Positions 9,643 to 18,755 of a DNA stretch of 60,962 bases are shown here, one piece after another. Positions within the stretch are counted from its first letter, which is position 1. Every line of letters starts with the position of its first letter. The translations under genes and the position numbers were made by a program. The stretch covers positions 1 to 60,962 of the forward strand of contig CALKOM010000040.1 in assembly GCA_938091905.1 (NCBI GenBank). The letters are read 5' to 3'. This stretch comes from an uncultured Verrucomicrobiales bacterium. GTDB lineage: Bacteria > Verrucomicrobiota > Verrucomicrobiia > Verrucomicrobiales > DEV007. The notes under the pieces are model-generated. The model had not been told where the DNA came from. It saw only the letters and a list, made by a program, of their open reading frames with translations, and searched no databases.

Positions 9643-10407
9643 CTAGAGACCTCCGCGCATGCGGCCTTTGGAGGAGAGGACCGCGTAAATGATGAACATG
9701 ATGGCCATAACCGTGAAGGCCACACCGATTTCTACGATGAGCATGCTGTCGTAGCGTGCCTTGACTCCGGTGCCACCCATTAATTTGTGAAGAATTTCGT
9801 AGTCGAGGAAGTTTCGCCCTAAGGCCATGCAAACCAATCCCGTGCCTGCGTAAATGAGGACGCCAAGCCCGGCGAGGAAGATGGCGCGCTCTTGGCTCAT
9901 CCGCTTCAGCGCGTCAGGGAGACCGCTGGTCAAGGCAATTAGAATAAAGCTAGACCCTAACATTACGCCTCCTTGAAAGCCGCCGCCTGGGCTGTAATGC
10001 CCATGAGCAATCACGTAGAGGGCAAAGATCTGAATAATCGGAACTACGAGTCGACACGTGATGATTGTAATCATGTCACGTTCGCGATTCTGTTCTGAAG
10101 CGACCGGCTGAGCCAGGGGCTCTTCACATTTGCCTTGACCGAGAATCGAAAGAATTCCCAGGCCCGCGACAAAGATGACCACGGTCTCGAACATCGTGTC
10201 GTAACCTCGATAGTCTGCAAGGACTGCGGTGACCAGATTCGGCACCTCCGTAACATCGCGACTGTCTTGAATGTAATACGTGGAGAGATCACTCGCATTC
10301 GCGGGTGAGAGCGGGTCGCCCCAATCGGGAAGATCGCTGGTGGCAAACAATAGAAGCCCACCCGTGACAATCACGGTGAGCAGAGCGGCAAGTTTCATCG
10401 GCTTCAT
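9643..10407 (-). CDS. mrpB: Mrp antiporter subunit B (MnhB domain)
   Basis: NLVTAVLADYRGYDTMFE and HGHYSPGGGFQGG. Confidence 0.92.
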   Translation of the reverse strand: MKPMKLAALLTVIVTGGLLLFATSDLPDWGDPLSPANASDLSTYYIQDSRDVTEVPNLVTAVLADYRGYDTMFETVVIFVAGLGILSILGQGKCEEPLAQPVASEQNRERDMITIITCRLVVPIIQIFALYVIAHGHYSPGGGFQGGVMLGSSFILIALTSGLPDALKRMSQERAIFLAGLGVLIYAGTGLVCMALGRNFLDYEILHKLMGGTGVKARYDSMLIVEIGVAFTVMAIMFIIYAVLSSKGRMRGGL

Positions 10408-10420
10408 CGCTGCTTGTCTG

Positions 10421-10666
10421 TTAGTCTTTCGATTTCCGTGTGGTTTGAAAGACGGTGGCGATCATGATCACGGTACTGACACCTGCACCCACGGCTGCTT
10501 CTGTGAATGCTACATCCACGGCGCCCATTTCCGCCCAAAGGATACAAATGAGAAAGCTGTAGATTCCCAGGACCATTGATGAAGCCAACAAATCCCTGAC
10601 GGATAGTGCGATCACTGCCGCAATGACCAAGAAGATCAGAACGATGATGTCAAAACTCCAGATCAT
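10421..10666 (-). CDS. DUF4040/MbhD-like small Mrp subunit
   Basis: GAVDVAFTEAAVGAG motif. Three TMs. Confidence 0.88.
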   Translation of the reverse strand: MIWSFDIIVLIFLVIAAVIALSVRDLLASSMVLGIYSFLICILWAEMGAVDVAFTEAAVGAGVSTVIMIATVFQTTRKSKD

Positions 10667-11025
10667 ACCTCGGGCTGGTCCTCCGAATCCTTCTTGTCTT
10701 CTTTCTCCTTCTCAAAAGGCTTAATTCCGTCATCGTAGCCAGCTTGCATCAGTGCATGCGTGCTCGTAGGACTGGTTACCATGATGAAGACGGCGATGGC
10801 CATGATCTTGATGGCCACGAGAAGTGTTTCTATAGAGAAATCTCCAACAGTATAGAGGGCGACTCCTAGCAAGATGAGAATTGTCGACAGGGTGTCGCCT
10901 TTTCCTGCGGCATGCATGCGAGTGTAGAAGTCAGGGAAACGGACAATGCCAACGGCGGCTGCTAGGAAAAAAGTGAGCCCGACGAGAATGAGCGCACCAC
11001 TGACGATATTGATCATGAGACTCAT
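10663..11025 (-). CDS. mrpG: Mrp antiporter subunit G
   Basis: RFPDFYTRMHAAGKGDTL and SPTSTHAL. Confidence 0.93.
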   Translation of the reverse strand: MSLMINIVSGALILVGLTFFLAAAVGIVRFPDFYTRMHAAGKGDTLSTILILLGVALYTVGDFSIETLLVAIKIMAIAVFIMVTSPTSTHALMQAGYDDGIKPFEKEKEDKKDSEDQPEV

Positions 11026-11321
11026 GTTGTTGAGGCGTTGTTAGTATTTGCCTCCCGCTCCTGTCTGACTCGGTGGAAGTAGCGTGCCGCCGCGAGCGAA
11101 CCAATGAAGTTGAGGAGTGCGTAGGCGAGAGCAAAGTCGACGAACATGCCGACCTGTTCAAAGATGACGCCGACGATTACCAACGAAACAGCAGTTTTAG
11201 TGCCAATTATATTGACTGCCACGATGCGGTCAATGGCTGTAGGACCGACGATTAGCCGGTAGAGGATCGGAAGCATCAAGGCGAAGAGTCCAACGCCTGC
11301 GAGCGTAAAGAATAGTTCCAT
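11022..11321 (-). CDS. mrpF: Mrp antiporter subunit F
   Basis: GPTAIDRIVA and DFALAYALLNFIG. Confidence 0.93.
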   Translation of the reverse strand: MELFFTLAGVGLFALMLPILYRLIVGPTAIDRIVAVNIIGTKTAVSLVIVGVIFEQVGMFVDFALAYALLNFIGSLAAARYFHRVRQEREANTNNASTT

Positions 11322-11326
11322 GATAC

Positions 11327-11830
11327 CTAGGCTGGCTTCGCTTTCACCTCGGGTTCGTAGACATGGGCAATCCAGCCTTCCATGGCACCATCAAGTCCGT
11401 CAGCAGCTGCCTTGCTGATGGCATGCACGTAAAATTCGTCTCCTACAATCTTCACAGTCACAGTTCCCGGAGTTAGAGTGATCGATTGGGCTAGCACGAA
11501 CCGTGCGAAGTCAGATTTCAGTTTCGTATTGAATCGGACGATGCGGGGCGAGACCTCTTCTAGCCCTCCTGGAGAGAGCGCCAGTTTTAGAAGGTATACA
11601 TTGGCTAACACAATCTGCCATAAGAGCCATACCAAATAGCTTGGGAGCCGGCTGATCTCTTGCATTCGCTCAGCGATTGATTTGCTGCGATCCTCAAACA
11701 TGAGGTCTGAAGATACGAACGTGACGATTCCGGCGCAGAGTATTCCCAGACCAATGTGGAAGGCACCAAAGAGACCTGAAAAGATGAGCCAGTTGGCGAG
11801 GATCAGAATGAAGATCAGAAATCGATACAT
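11327..11830 (-). CDS. mrpE: Mrp antiporter subunit E
   Basis: AQSITLTPGTVTV and YVHAI. Start taken at ATG 11830 (MYRFLIF) rather than the longer ORF start at 11902. Confidence 0.9.
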   Translation of the reverse strand: MYRFLIFILILANWLIFSGLFGAFHIGLGILCAGIVTFVSSDLMFEDRSKSIAERMQEISRLPSYLVWLLWQIVLANVYLLKLALSPGGLEEVSPRIVRFNTKLKSDFARFVLAQSITLTPGTVTVKIVGDEFYVHAISKAAADGLDGAMEGWIAHVYEPEVKAKPA

Positions 11831-11911
11831 CGGACGTGGCGGCCATTGTTTCTGCACAGCGTCACCTAGCAAGCCTTGATGTGAGGAAATCCCATGTTTC
11901 ATTAATTCCCC

Positions 11912-13186
11912 ATGAATTGGAAGTTTCTTGTTCTTTTAGCTAGTCTTGCCGTCACATTTTCATCTGGCGAAGAGATCCACCCGCAATCAGACTGGCCGTG
12001 GTGGCGCGGTCCAGCGCGGAGCAATCATGCGGCTGCTGGTTCGGATCCCGTCGTGACGTTTTCTCAGACGGAGAATGTCGTCTGGAAGGCACCCGTGTCG
12101 GGCAGGGGACACGCCTCGCCGACAATTGTCGGCAATCGGATTTTTCTCGCGACCGCTGATGCTGATGCCGAGATTCAATCAGTCCTCGCTTTTGATCGCT
12201 CTACCGGAGGACCGCTTTGGTCGAGCAACGTTAACGAGGGCAACTTTCCGGAGAAGATCCATAGAAAAAACACGCATGCCTCCAGCACGGTGGCTTGTGA
12301 TGGTGAGAGAGTCGTCGCTGTGTTTAACAATCGTGACGCCTTGCATGTCGTGGCTCTTAGTGTGACCGATGGTGAATTGCTCTGGGAAAAGCGTTTGGGG
12401 CCCTACGCTCCGAAACGCTACGAGTTCGGCTTTGCCGCTTCTCCGTTAGTCTATGGCAACACCGTTATCGTACTGGGAGATACGGAGTTTGGAGGTTTTC
12501 TTACAGCGCTTGATCGCAGGACGGGCAAACAGGTATGGTCAGTTGAACGTCCGAAGCAGATGAATTACTCTTCGCCCATCCTGGCAACGGTAGGTGGAGT
12601 GGCGCAGGTTCTCATCAGCGGATGTTCACGCTTGTCTGCTTATGATCCCAAGACGGGAAAAGCGCTCTGGGTTTCCATGGGAGCGTCTTCCGATGTCACT
12701 TGCGGCACGGTGGTATGGGGCGATGATCTGGTTTTCGCCAGTGGAGGTTTTCCTGAGAAACTAACAGCAGCGGTTCGGTCGGGCACGGGAGAGATTGTCT
12801 GGCAGAACAAGAAAAAGTCCTATGAACAATCGATGCTTGTTCATGATAAGCACCTTTACACCGTTAATGACAACGGTATCGCCTTCTGCTGGAATGCAAA
12901 GGATGGCGAGGAGCGTTGGTCAGAGCGCTTAAAAGGGCCGGTGAGTGCCTCGCCGGTCTTGGCTGGTGGCCGCCTCTACGCCGCCAATGAAGCAGGCACC
13001 TTCTTCGTCTATCGCGCAGATCCCGAGAAATTTGAACTCTTAGCAAAGAATCAGCTTGGAGATGAGGCTTTCGCAACGCCGACCATTCTGGGAACCCGGA
13101 TTTATGCCCGTGTCACTCATCTCGACGATGAAGGCGAACAGCAAGAAATGCTTTATTGTCTCGGTAAGAAGTCGTTGCCGCAGTGA
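11912..13186 (+). CDS. Secreted PQQ-binding-like beta-propeller repeat protein
   Basis: Signal peptide, DWPWWRGP, and repeated A(L/F)DxxTGxxxW and (A)SP blades typical of PVC bacteria. Confidence 0.9.
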   Translation: MNWKFLVLLASLAVTFSSGEEIHPQSDWPWWRGPARSNHAAAGSDPVVTFSQTENVVWKAPVSGRGHASPTIVGNRIFLATADADAEIQSVLAFDRSTGGPLWSSNVNEGNFPEKIHRKNTHASSTVACDGERVVAVFNNRDALHVVALSVTDGELLWEKRLGPYAPKRYEFGFAASPLVYGNTVIVLGDTEFGGFLTALDRRTGKQVWSVERPKQMNYSSPILATVGGVAQVLISGCSRLSAYDPKTGKALWVSMGASSDVTCGTVVWGDDLVFASGGFPEKLTAAVRSGTGEIVWQNKKKSYEQSMLVHDKHLYTVNDNGIAFCWNAKDGEERWSERLKGPVSASPVLAGGRLYAANEAGTFFVYRADPEKFELLAKNQLGDEAFATPTILGTRIYARVTHLDDEGEQQEMLYCLGKKSLPQ

Positions 13187-13222
13187 ATTGAGACATTGTG
13201 ATTCGTGGCAGGATCATCTAGG

Positions 13223-13640
13223 ATGTTCGTTTTATTGGAAAGCCCAGAGTCGCGCAAACGAGTGGCTCGATCACGATTGATCTCTACCATCGTAAGTCGA
13301 TGTAGTGATCTTCGATAAGTGGCCAGTCGGATTGTTAGACGGAATTCTTGTTGAGAAGATATCGAAATGAGAATCACACCTCTTCATCGTTGATCTGTTG
13401 GCTGAGCTGCTTCGAGCTTGTGGTGCCGGAGAAGAATCCTGGGTGCGAAAGGAGGACCCAATCGCCATTGGGAATTTCGAGCCTGAGCCTGACCGCTCTG
13501 TCATTAAAGGACAGCGAAGCCAATTCAGGCTCGTGAAGCCTAGCACCGTGCAGTTCATGATTGAACTGGCGACTAGTTCTCTACCCATAGATCAGGCTCC
13601 AGATTTCTCCTTTTATCTGGCACCATTACTGAATGAATAG
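13223..13640 (+). pseudogene. Uma2/DUF820 family endonuclease remnant
   Basis: Across frames: MFVLLESPESRKRVAR / ITIDLYHR / LLDGILVEKISK*ESH...WVRKEDPI...EPEPDRSVIKG...IELATSSLPID. Contains stops and frameshifts, and the C-terminus is missing. Confidence 0.7.
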
Positions 13641-14054
13641 TCAGTTCACCTGCACGCGGACAGGCACGTCTTTGATTGGGAAACCTTGTTCGGTCAGAAT
13701 CTCCCAGACTTGTAGAAGCAACTGCAGACTGACGTCGTCGTCTGCTTTTAGTTCGATCTTTGCATCTGGGAGCGCGGCTTTCATCTTCTTCAGGGCTCCG
13801 GCCAGACCCCGAAGATTAACGGGGGCATCGGCCAAGCGCATTTCGTTATTCTGTGCGATTTCCAAGGTGATGCGCTGATCGATTTTTGTAGAGGCGGGAA
13901 GGTTGGTAACCTTGGGCAGGTCGATTGCGAGAGATTCTCGTTTCTCGGGAAAGGTCGTCGTGAGCATGAAGAAGATGAGAAGAATGACCAAGATATCCAT
14001 CAGTGGGATGATGGGAATGATCGGCGTACGCCTTCTTCGAGTTGCAATATGCAT
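13641..14054 (-). CDS. exbD: Biopolymer transporter ExbD
   Basis: IPLMDILVILLIFFMLTT TM with the conserved Asp, and LKAD. Confidence 0.92.
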   Translation of the reverse strand: MHIATRRRRTPIIPIIPLMDILVILLIFFMLTTTFPEKRESLAIDLPKVTNLPASTKIDQRITLEIAQNNEMRLADAPVNLRGLAGALKKMKAALPDAKIELKADDDVSLQLLLQVWEILTEQGFPIKDVPVRVQVN

Positions 14055-14075
14055 GGCGGTGTAGAAGAAAATCGG

Positions 14076-14666
14076 CTAACGATAGAATCGTTCGATGGCT
14101 TCATGAAGCACGCGCTCCATTCGTGTGGTCAAGCGATCAATCTTTCTTTGGAAGAAGCCATGAGCGATGACTGCAGGGACAGCGACGACAAGTCCGGCGA
14201 TGGTCGTGTTCAGTGCTTCCGCGATGCCCCGTGCGATTCCTGAACCAGAGGGGGCTTGGGTTCCGCTGGCTCCCAGTCCAGAGAATACAGTGACCAGACC
14301 GGAAACAGTTCCTAGCAGGCCGAGAAGAGGCGCAATCGTAATGATTACCTCTAAAGTGGTGAGCCCAGCCTGGAGCTTGGAAATTTCTTCGCGTGCGTAG
14401 GTCTCGGCACTTGAGGTCGCGGCTGCACGGTTTGGGTGTTGCTTGGTGAGCGCCTGTTGGCAAACGCGCCCGAGAGAGGACCTATCATCTTCTACTTGGT
14501 TGCGAATGGTTTCGGCGTCAGCATCTTGAAGGGCCGTGGTGAGGGCTTGGGGCAATACATTCGTTGCGCGTAGGCTAACCATTCGATGAACGATGACGGC
14601 GACTGCTACGACGGAGCAAAGCAGCAGGGGCAGCATGAAGAGGCTGTCAGAAAAAAATATGGTCAT
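14076..14666 (-). CDS. exbB: MotA/TolQ/ExbB proton channel
   Basis: APLLGLLGTV and GIAEALNTTIAGLVVAVP. Confidence 0.92.
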   Translation of the reverse strand: MTIFFSDSLFMLPLLLCSVVAVAVIVHRMVSLRATNVLPQALTTALQDADAETIRNQVEDDRSSLGRVCQQALTKQHPNRAAATSSAETYAREEISKLQAGLTTLEVIITIAPLLGLLGTVSGLVTVFSGLGASGTQAPSGSGIARGIAEALNTTIAGLVVAVPAVIAHGFFQRKIDRLTTRMERVLHEAIERFYR

Positions 14667-14667
14667 G

Positions 14668-15885
14668 TTAGTATATGTTGAAATTGAAATGACAGGGCAA
14701 ATTACCCCCGTCGAGCTGCTGAATAACCATAGGGGGCATCGCCGGCAACTTTGCTTCTAGGATGGCCGCGAGGGTTTGATTGGTGAGCACGGCGTTCTTG
14801 GCTCGCTTGGGAACACGGAGATTACTCACCTTACCCCATTTGTTGAGTGAGAACTCGACCCGGATTTTCACATTGAACCCAAAGAAGTCTTGGCTTGCTA
14901 ACATCTTTGCCTGCCATGAGCGCTCAATGGTGTCGGAAACTTCTTTGCGATAGCGTCCGATTGGAGTGTCTTCGGCATCAAAAGCTGTGTAGCCTTTCTT
15001 CGCAGCACCGCCATCGAGTTTGGCCTTTCGGGTTTCCGATTGGAAGGCCTCGACGTCTCTGTCCGGGACAGGGAGAGTGGACGGTGCTGGCGTGACTGGC
15101 AAGGTGGGAGCACCTGGGGGAGCTGCTTCGGCTGCGAGTTCGCTTTGCTCAGTCACTTCTTCCATCTCGATAGGGGCCTCAGCGACATCGTCGGTTGGTT
15201 GACTGTCTATCTCGCCCTGTAAAAGCTCTGGATGTAGCTGTGCTTGTGTTTTTGGAAGGGGAATGGCGTCGAGGATTTCGGGTAATGGTTCGCTAATTTC
15301 GTTGGTGGTTTGAGCTTGAGTCTTGGTGGGTTCCTGGGGCTCGGTTGTTGGTTGCTGCTCTGACGATGCTAGAGAACCTGGAGTGGTAGGTTCGGTTTTA
15401 ATATTGGTGGGGCTTTCGTCGATGGAGAGGCCATCGCGGAATCGTTGATCTTCCACTTGGATTGAGTCTTGGCGTTTTCCATCGATGTTAGGGGTAGCGT
15501 TGCTACCGTCACCTGGTCGTTCGCTTTGTGCCACGGTGTTGCGGTCAGAGACGAAGGCGGGCTGGTTGGGGCTGGTTAGGCTTTCCTGAGGAACGGTGGT
15601 TCTGATGTAACCGAGTTCTCGCTCGTCGATTTCTTCTTCAGGTACCGCTTCATCTGGCGCAGATTCCTGCCCAAGAGGAGCGGATTCTGTGATGATCCAG
15701 TCTGCAAGGGGAAGGACGACTTCGGTGGGCAAGGGTGCGGCATCGTCCGGAGAAGTGCGCTCTGCTTGTAGCCACCGCGCGACTGGTGGAATGAGAAGTC
15801 CATGCAGGCCTAGCGAAACCAAAACGGCAACGATCAAGAGGCGTCGGGCGGTTCTGTCGGAAGTCTGGATCAGGTCAGCGGTCAC
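14668..15885 (-). CDS. TonB/TolA-like energy transducer
   Basis: N-terminal TM with SLGLH (SHLS-like), long acidic/Pro-rich linker and a TonB_C-like C-terminal domain. Directly upstream of exbB-exbD. Confidence 0.75.
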   Translation of the reverse strand: MTADLIQTSDRTARRLLIVAVLVSLGLHGLLIPPVARWLQAERTSPDDAAPLPTEVVLPLADWIITESAPLGQESAPDEAVPEEEIDERELGYIRTTVPQESLTSPNQPAFVSDRNTVAQSERPGDGSNATPNIDGKRQDSIQVEDQRFRDGLSIDESPTNIKTEPTTPGSLASSEQQPTTEPQEPTKTQAQTTNEISEPLPEILDAIPLPKTQAQLHPELLQGEIDSQPTDDVAEAPIEMEEVTEQSELAAEAAPPGAPTLPVTPAPSTLPVPDRDVEAFQSETRKAKLDGGAAKKGYTAFDAEDTPIGRYRKEVSDTIERSWQAKMLASQDFFGFNVKIRVEFSLNKWGKVSNLRVPKRAKNAVLTNQTLAAILEAKLPAMPPMVIQQLDGGNLPCHFNFNIY

Positions 15886-16747
15886 CGAAGAGCATCTTAT
15901 CGTGGTGGCGGGCGTAGTGAAACAAATATTGCTGGGCGTAGCCTGCGTATGGGCCGAAATACTTCGCGGCGTAGGCTTGCATCTCTGCCCGAGGCCATTT
16001 CTTCTTCTTGCCGCGAGGAGCGTAGAGACGTTTGAGCACTCGTTCTACCCAAACGTCGATGGGAAAGGCTGCGAGGCGCCCGTAACCGAACAGGAGGACG
16101 CAATCGGCGATCTTCTCACCGACGCCGTGAAGTTCGCACAAGCGCTCGCGGGCACGAGTGTCCTCTTCAGTTTCGAGATCGTCTAGTGAGAACTCTCCTG
16201 AGGCAATTCGTTCCGCCGCGAGAGCCAGCGACTTTGCACGGTAGCCAAGACCGCATTCTCGAAGGGCCTCTTCCCCGGCGGCTGCTAACTCGGCTGGGGT
16301 AGGGTAAGCCCAGACGGTGTGTTCGCCGACCTTGCATGATTTACCAAAACGCTGGCGCAAGGTTAGGGAGATCTTGCGAATGTGGGGTACTTGCTTGAGC
16401 GAGGAAGTGATGAAGGAGGCAAGGCATTCCCATGTGGGCTGACGGCATAGTCGCAGGCCGGGCGTGTAGTCCATGGCCGCCGCTAGGTGAGAGTCTCTGC
16501 CTGGAAATGTTTTGAGGATGTGGGAGAGATCGAGATCAAGCCCGAGATAACGTTCCAAAGTCTCTTCCTTACAACCTTGGTAGAGTAAGGTATTGTCCGT
16601 CCGAACATGAGAAATCCATACCGCTTTTTCTCCCAAGGCGGCGACTTGACCGTCACCATCAGCTGTCCAGTGAAAGACTTGACCACAATGCAGAGTGGCG
16701 TTGAGATCGAGCGCGCGATCTCCTAGGTCCAACCGTTGGCACTTCAT
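15875..16747 (-). CDS. ogg: 8-oxoguanine DNA glycosylase (OGG1-like HhH-GPD)
   Basis: TLHCGQVFHW, GLGYRAK, HhH LHGVGEKIADC, FPIDVW and AGYAQQYLF. Confidence 0.9.
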   Translation of the reverse strand: MKCQRLDLGDRALDLNATLHCGQVFHWTADGDGQVAALGEKAVWISHVRTDNTLLYQGCKEETLERYLGLDLDLSHILKTFPGRDSHLAAAMDYTPGLRLCRQPTWECLASFITSSLKQVPHIRKISLTLRQRFGKSCKVGEHTVWAYPTPAELAAAGEEALRECGLGYRAKSLALAAERIASGEFSLDDLETEEDTRARERLCELHGVGEKIADCVLLFGYGRLAAFPIDVWVERVLKRLYAPRGKKKKWPRAEMQAYAAKYFGPYAGYAQQYLFHYARHHDKMLFGDR

Positions 16748-16760
16748 GATCGGGATGACC

Positions 16761-17384
16761 CTACCTGATGAAGTAACTTAGGTTTTCAAGTTCCAAAGCG
16801 AGATCAACGTTGTTGACGGTCACGTTTTCAGGGACTTGAAGAACCGTTGGCGAGAAGTTGAGAATGGCTTGCACGCCAGCTTCAACCAATTCGTTGACGA
16901 CGTTTTGCGCGGCCTCACTAGGGACGGCGATGATGGCCATCCGGACTTGATGATTGCGTATGAAATCTGCCATCGTGTTTGCCGAATACACGGGCACCCG
17001 AGCCCCTTCGGTTCGACGCTCCCGAGTCGGGGCGAGATCGAAAGCTGCGGCTATTTCGAACCCTTCTTTGTTGAAGCCTTTGTAGCGTAGGAGAGCTGAA
17101 CCAAGGTTTCCCACACCAACCAAGATCACGGGTTGGTAGGAAGTTGTCCCAAGGACGTCGTTGAGGACCCCCGAGAGTGCCTTTACGTTGTAGCCTAAGC
17201 CACGCGTACCGAACTGCCCGAAGTAAGTGAGGTCTTTTCGCAGCTGCGTCGACTTCACGCCTGCAGCGGAGGCGAGTGCCTCTGAACTTACAGTCTCCAC
17301 ATTGTTCTCGATCAGTCTTAAAAGACTACGTTGGTAGATCGAAACACGATAAATCGACTTTCGAGGCACCTCGACTTTCGACAT
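16761..17384 (-). CDS. rex: Redox-sensing transcriptional repressor Rex
   Basis: QLRKDLTYFGQFGTRGLGY, VGVGNLG and ILNFSP. Confidence 0.97.
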   Translation of the reverse strand: MSKVEVPRKSIYRVSIYQRSLLRLIENNVETVSSEALASAAGVKSTQLRKDLTYFGQFGTRGLGYNVKALSGVLNDVLGTTSYQPVILVGVGNLGSALLRYKGFNKEGFEIAAAFDLAPTRERRTEGARVPVYSANTMADFIRNHQVRMAIIAVPSEAAQNVVNELVEAGVQAILNFSPTVLQVPENVTVNNVDLALELENLSYFIR

Positions 17385-17420
17385 TCCTTGTGAATTTTCG
17401 CGCGATTGACTGATAACCCA

Positions 17421-17449
17421 TCGTTACGAATGGATGAGAATTCTGTCAA
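17421..17449 (-). promoter_or_regulatory. Candidate sigma70 promoter for rex
   Basis: TTGACA-N17-TAACGA on the minus strand, 36 nt upstream of the rex start. Confidence 0.45.
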
Positions 17450-17488
17450 CTTACGAAAGTTCCAAGATACCTTGTAACTCTTTAAGTA

Positions 17489-18673
17489 TTAAGTGGCGAG
17501 TGCGTCAGTCAGGTATTCCATAGGCTGAAAGTGCTCGATGAGGATTTCCTTCTGCTCGCCGCGGAACATGCGAACCTGCTTGATGTCGAAATTAGGCGTT
17601 TTATGAGGTGCAAAGAGGATGTCATCATGAGTGGCGTTGGCATGCTTTTTGAACAGGTCTGGAGTAATGTGCCCTCCCAAGTGATCATCGCGCCCGGTCG
17701 CGAGATGACAGGTGCCGAGCACCTTCTCGTCCTGAATATCGGCTCCTGACACTGGGAGCACTTGGGTGCCGAATCCAAGCTCACCGAGCACGCCCGTCAT
17801 TGGATCCGCTTTCAGCATGGCATTGTGCTCATCAATCGTTGCCTGCACCCCCTCCACCAACGTCGACTTGCGAATCTGGCCATCAGAGACCTCTAACAAG
17901 CCGAGTGTTCCGTCCTCATATTTGAGCGGAAACAAACCCTCAGCACCCGTGGGCACAAAGTAAACCTCACCTGCCGGGAGGTTCGCAATATCAGGTGTAA
18001 GCCCGTGACAGAGCCCATGGCTCTTCTGGGCCTCCTGCCCACCAAGATCTAACCTACAAGTCGTTTCCCCATGGCCTTCGATAGAAAAGTCAATTTCGAT
18101 AGTGTCAGCTCTGGTCAGGGCGAGGCGCAACTTCTCCGCATCTGCGCTCACGTCGCGGTAGTCCACGCTGAGCCCTGAGTTTATGATCACCTCGTTTAGC
18201 CCATGAAGAGTTGCTCCCCGAAAATGATGCTGTTTGGCGAGCGCAGTCAGCGGTGCGGTGGCTGAAAATGTGGAGATACAGAGAATAATGTCGTAATTTG
18301 GGTAGACATCCTTCTCCAAGCTCACCTCTCGCCCGGTACTCTGAACAGCTTCGTCTCGTAGATCCAAATTACTTCCGCCCGAGATGTGGTAAGCATAGAA
18401 CTCGCCGCCGAGCATACCCAGCGCTTCCATGACACCATCGTGCAGACCCCGATAAAAAACCTCATAAGCCTTCCGTTGAACAGCCAGAGAATCGTCCTCC
18501 AGGAACGCGAAATCCGTCACATCGTGAAGGTCTTCAAGGTCTATTAAGACACACACCTTCATACCTTCCGTTGGCGTGAAGACAGAGCCTAGCAAACGTT
18601 TAAGGCTAAATGGTGGAAACTCGCGAGCATCTGCTGCGCTTACTATGGTAGACTGGTCGTTTGGAGCATTCAT
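17489..18673 (-). CDS. M29-like (thermophilic metallo-aminopeptidase-fold) protein
   Basis: NLPAGEVY, LGELGFG and DEKVLGTCHLATG. Confidence 0.7.
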   Translation of the reverse strand: MNAPNDQSTIVSAADAREFPPFSLKRLLGSVFTPTEGMKVCVLIDLEDLHDVTDFAFLEDDSLAVQRKAYEVFYRGLHDGVMEALGMLGGEFYAYHISGGSNLDLRDEAVQSTGREVSLEKDVYPNYDIILCISTFSATAPLTALAKQHHFRGATLHGLNEVIINSGLSVDYRDVSADAEKLRLALTRADTIEIDFSIEGHGETTCRLDLGGQEAQKSHGLCHGLTPDIANLPAGEVYFVPTGAEGLFPLKYEDGTLGLLEVSDGQIRKSTLVEGVQATIDEHNAMLKADPMTGVLGELGFGTQVLPVSGADIQDEKVLGTCHLATGRDDHLGGHITPDLFKKHANATHDDILFAPHKTPNFDIKQVRMFRGEQKEILIEHFQPMEYLTDALAT

Positions 18674-18755
18674 TTTGTTCGTCGGGGATACGCACCGAAA
18701 CCATGGAAGGATTCTCTAACAACCTCTTTGCAAATAAATTTCTTAGAATCTCTGT

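Noticed and set aside
4074..11830. NADH dehydrogenase or membrane-bound hydrogenase operon
   Set aside because: No NuoH, Fe-S or catalytic subunits are present, while MrpE/F/G/B/C are.
17388..17405. Full Rex operator
   Set aside because: Only one arm (TTGTGAA) matches and the other reads CGCGCGA. I kept it only as a half-site.
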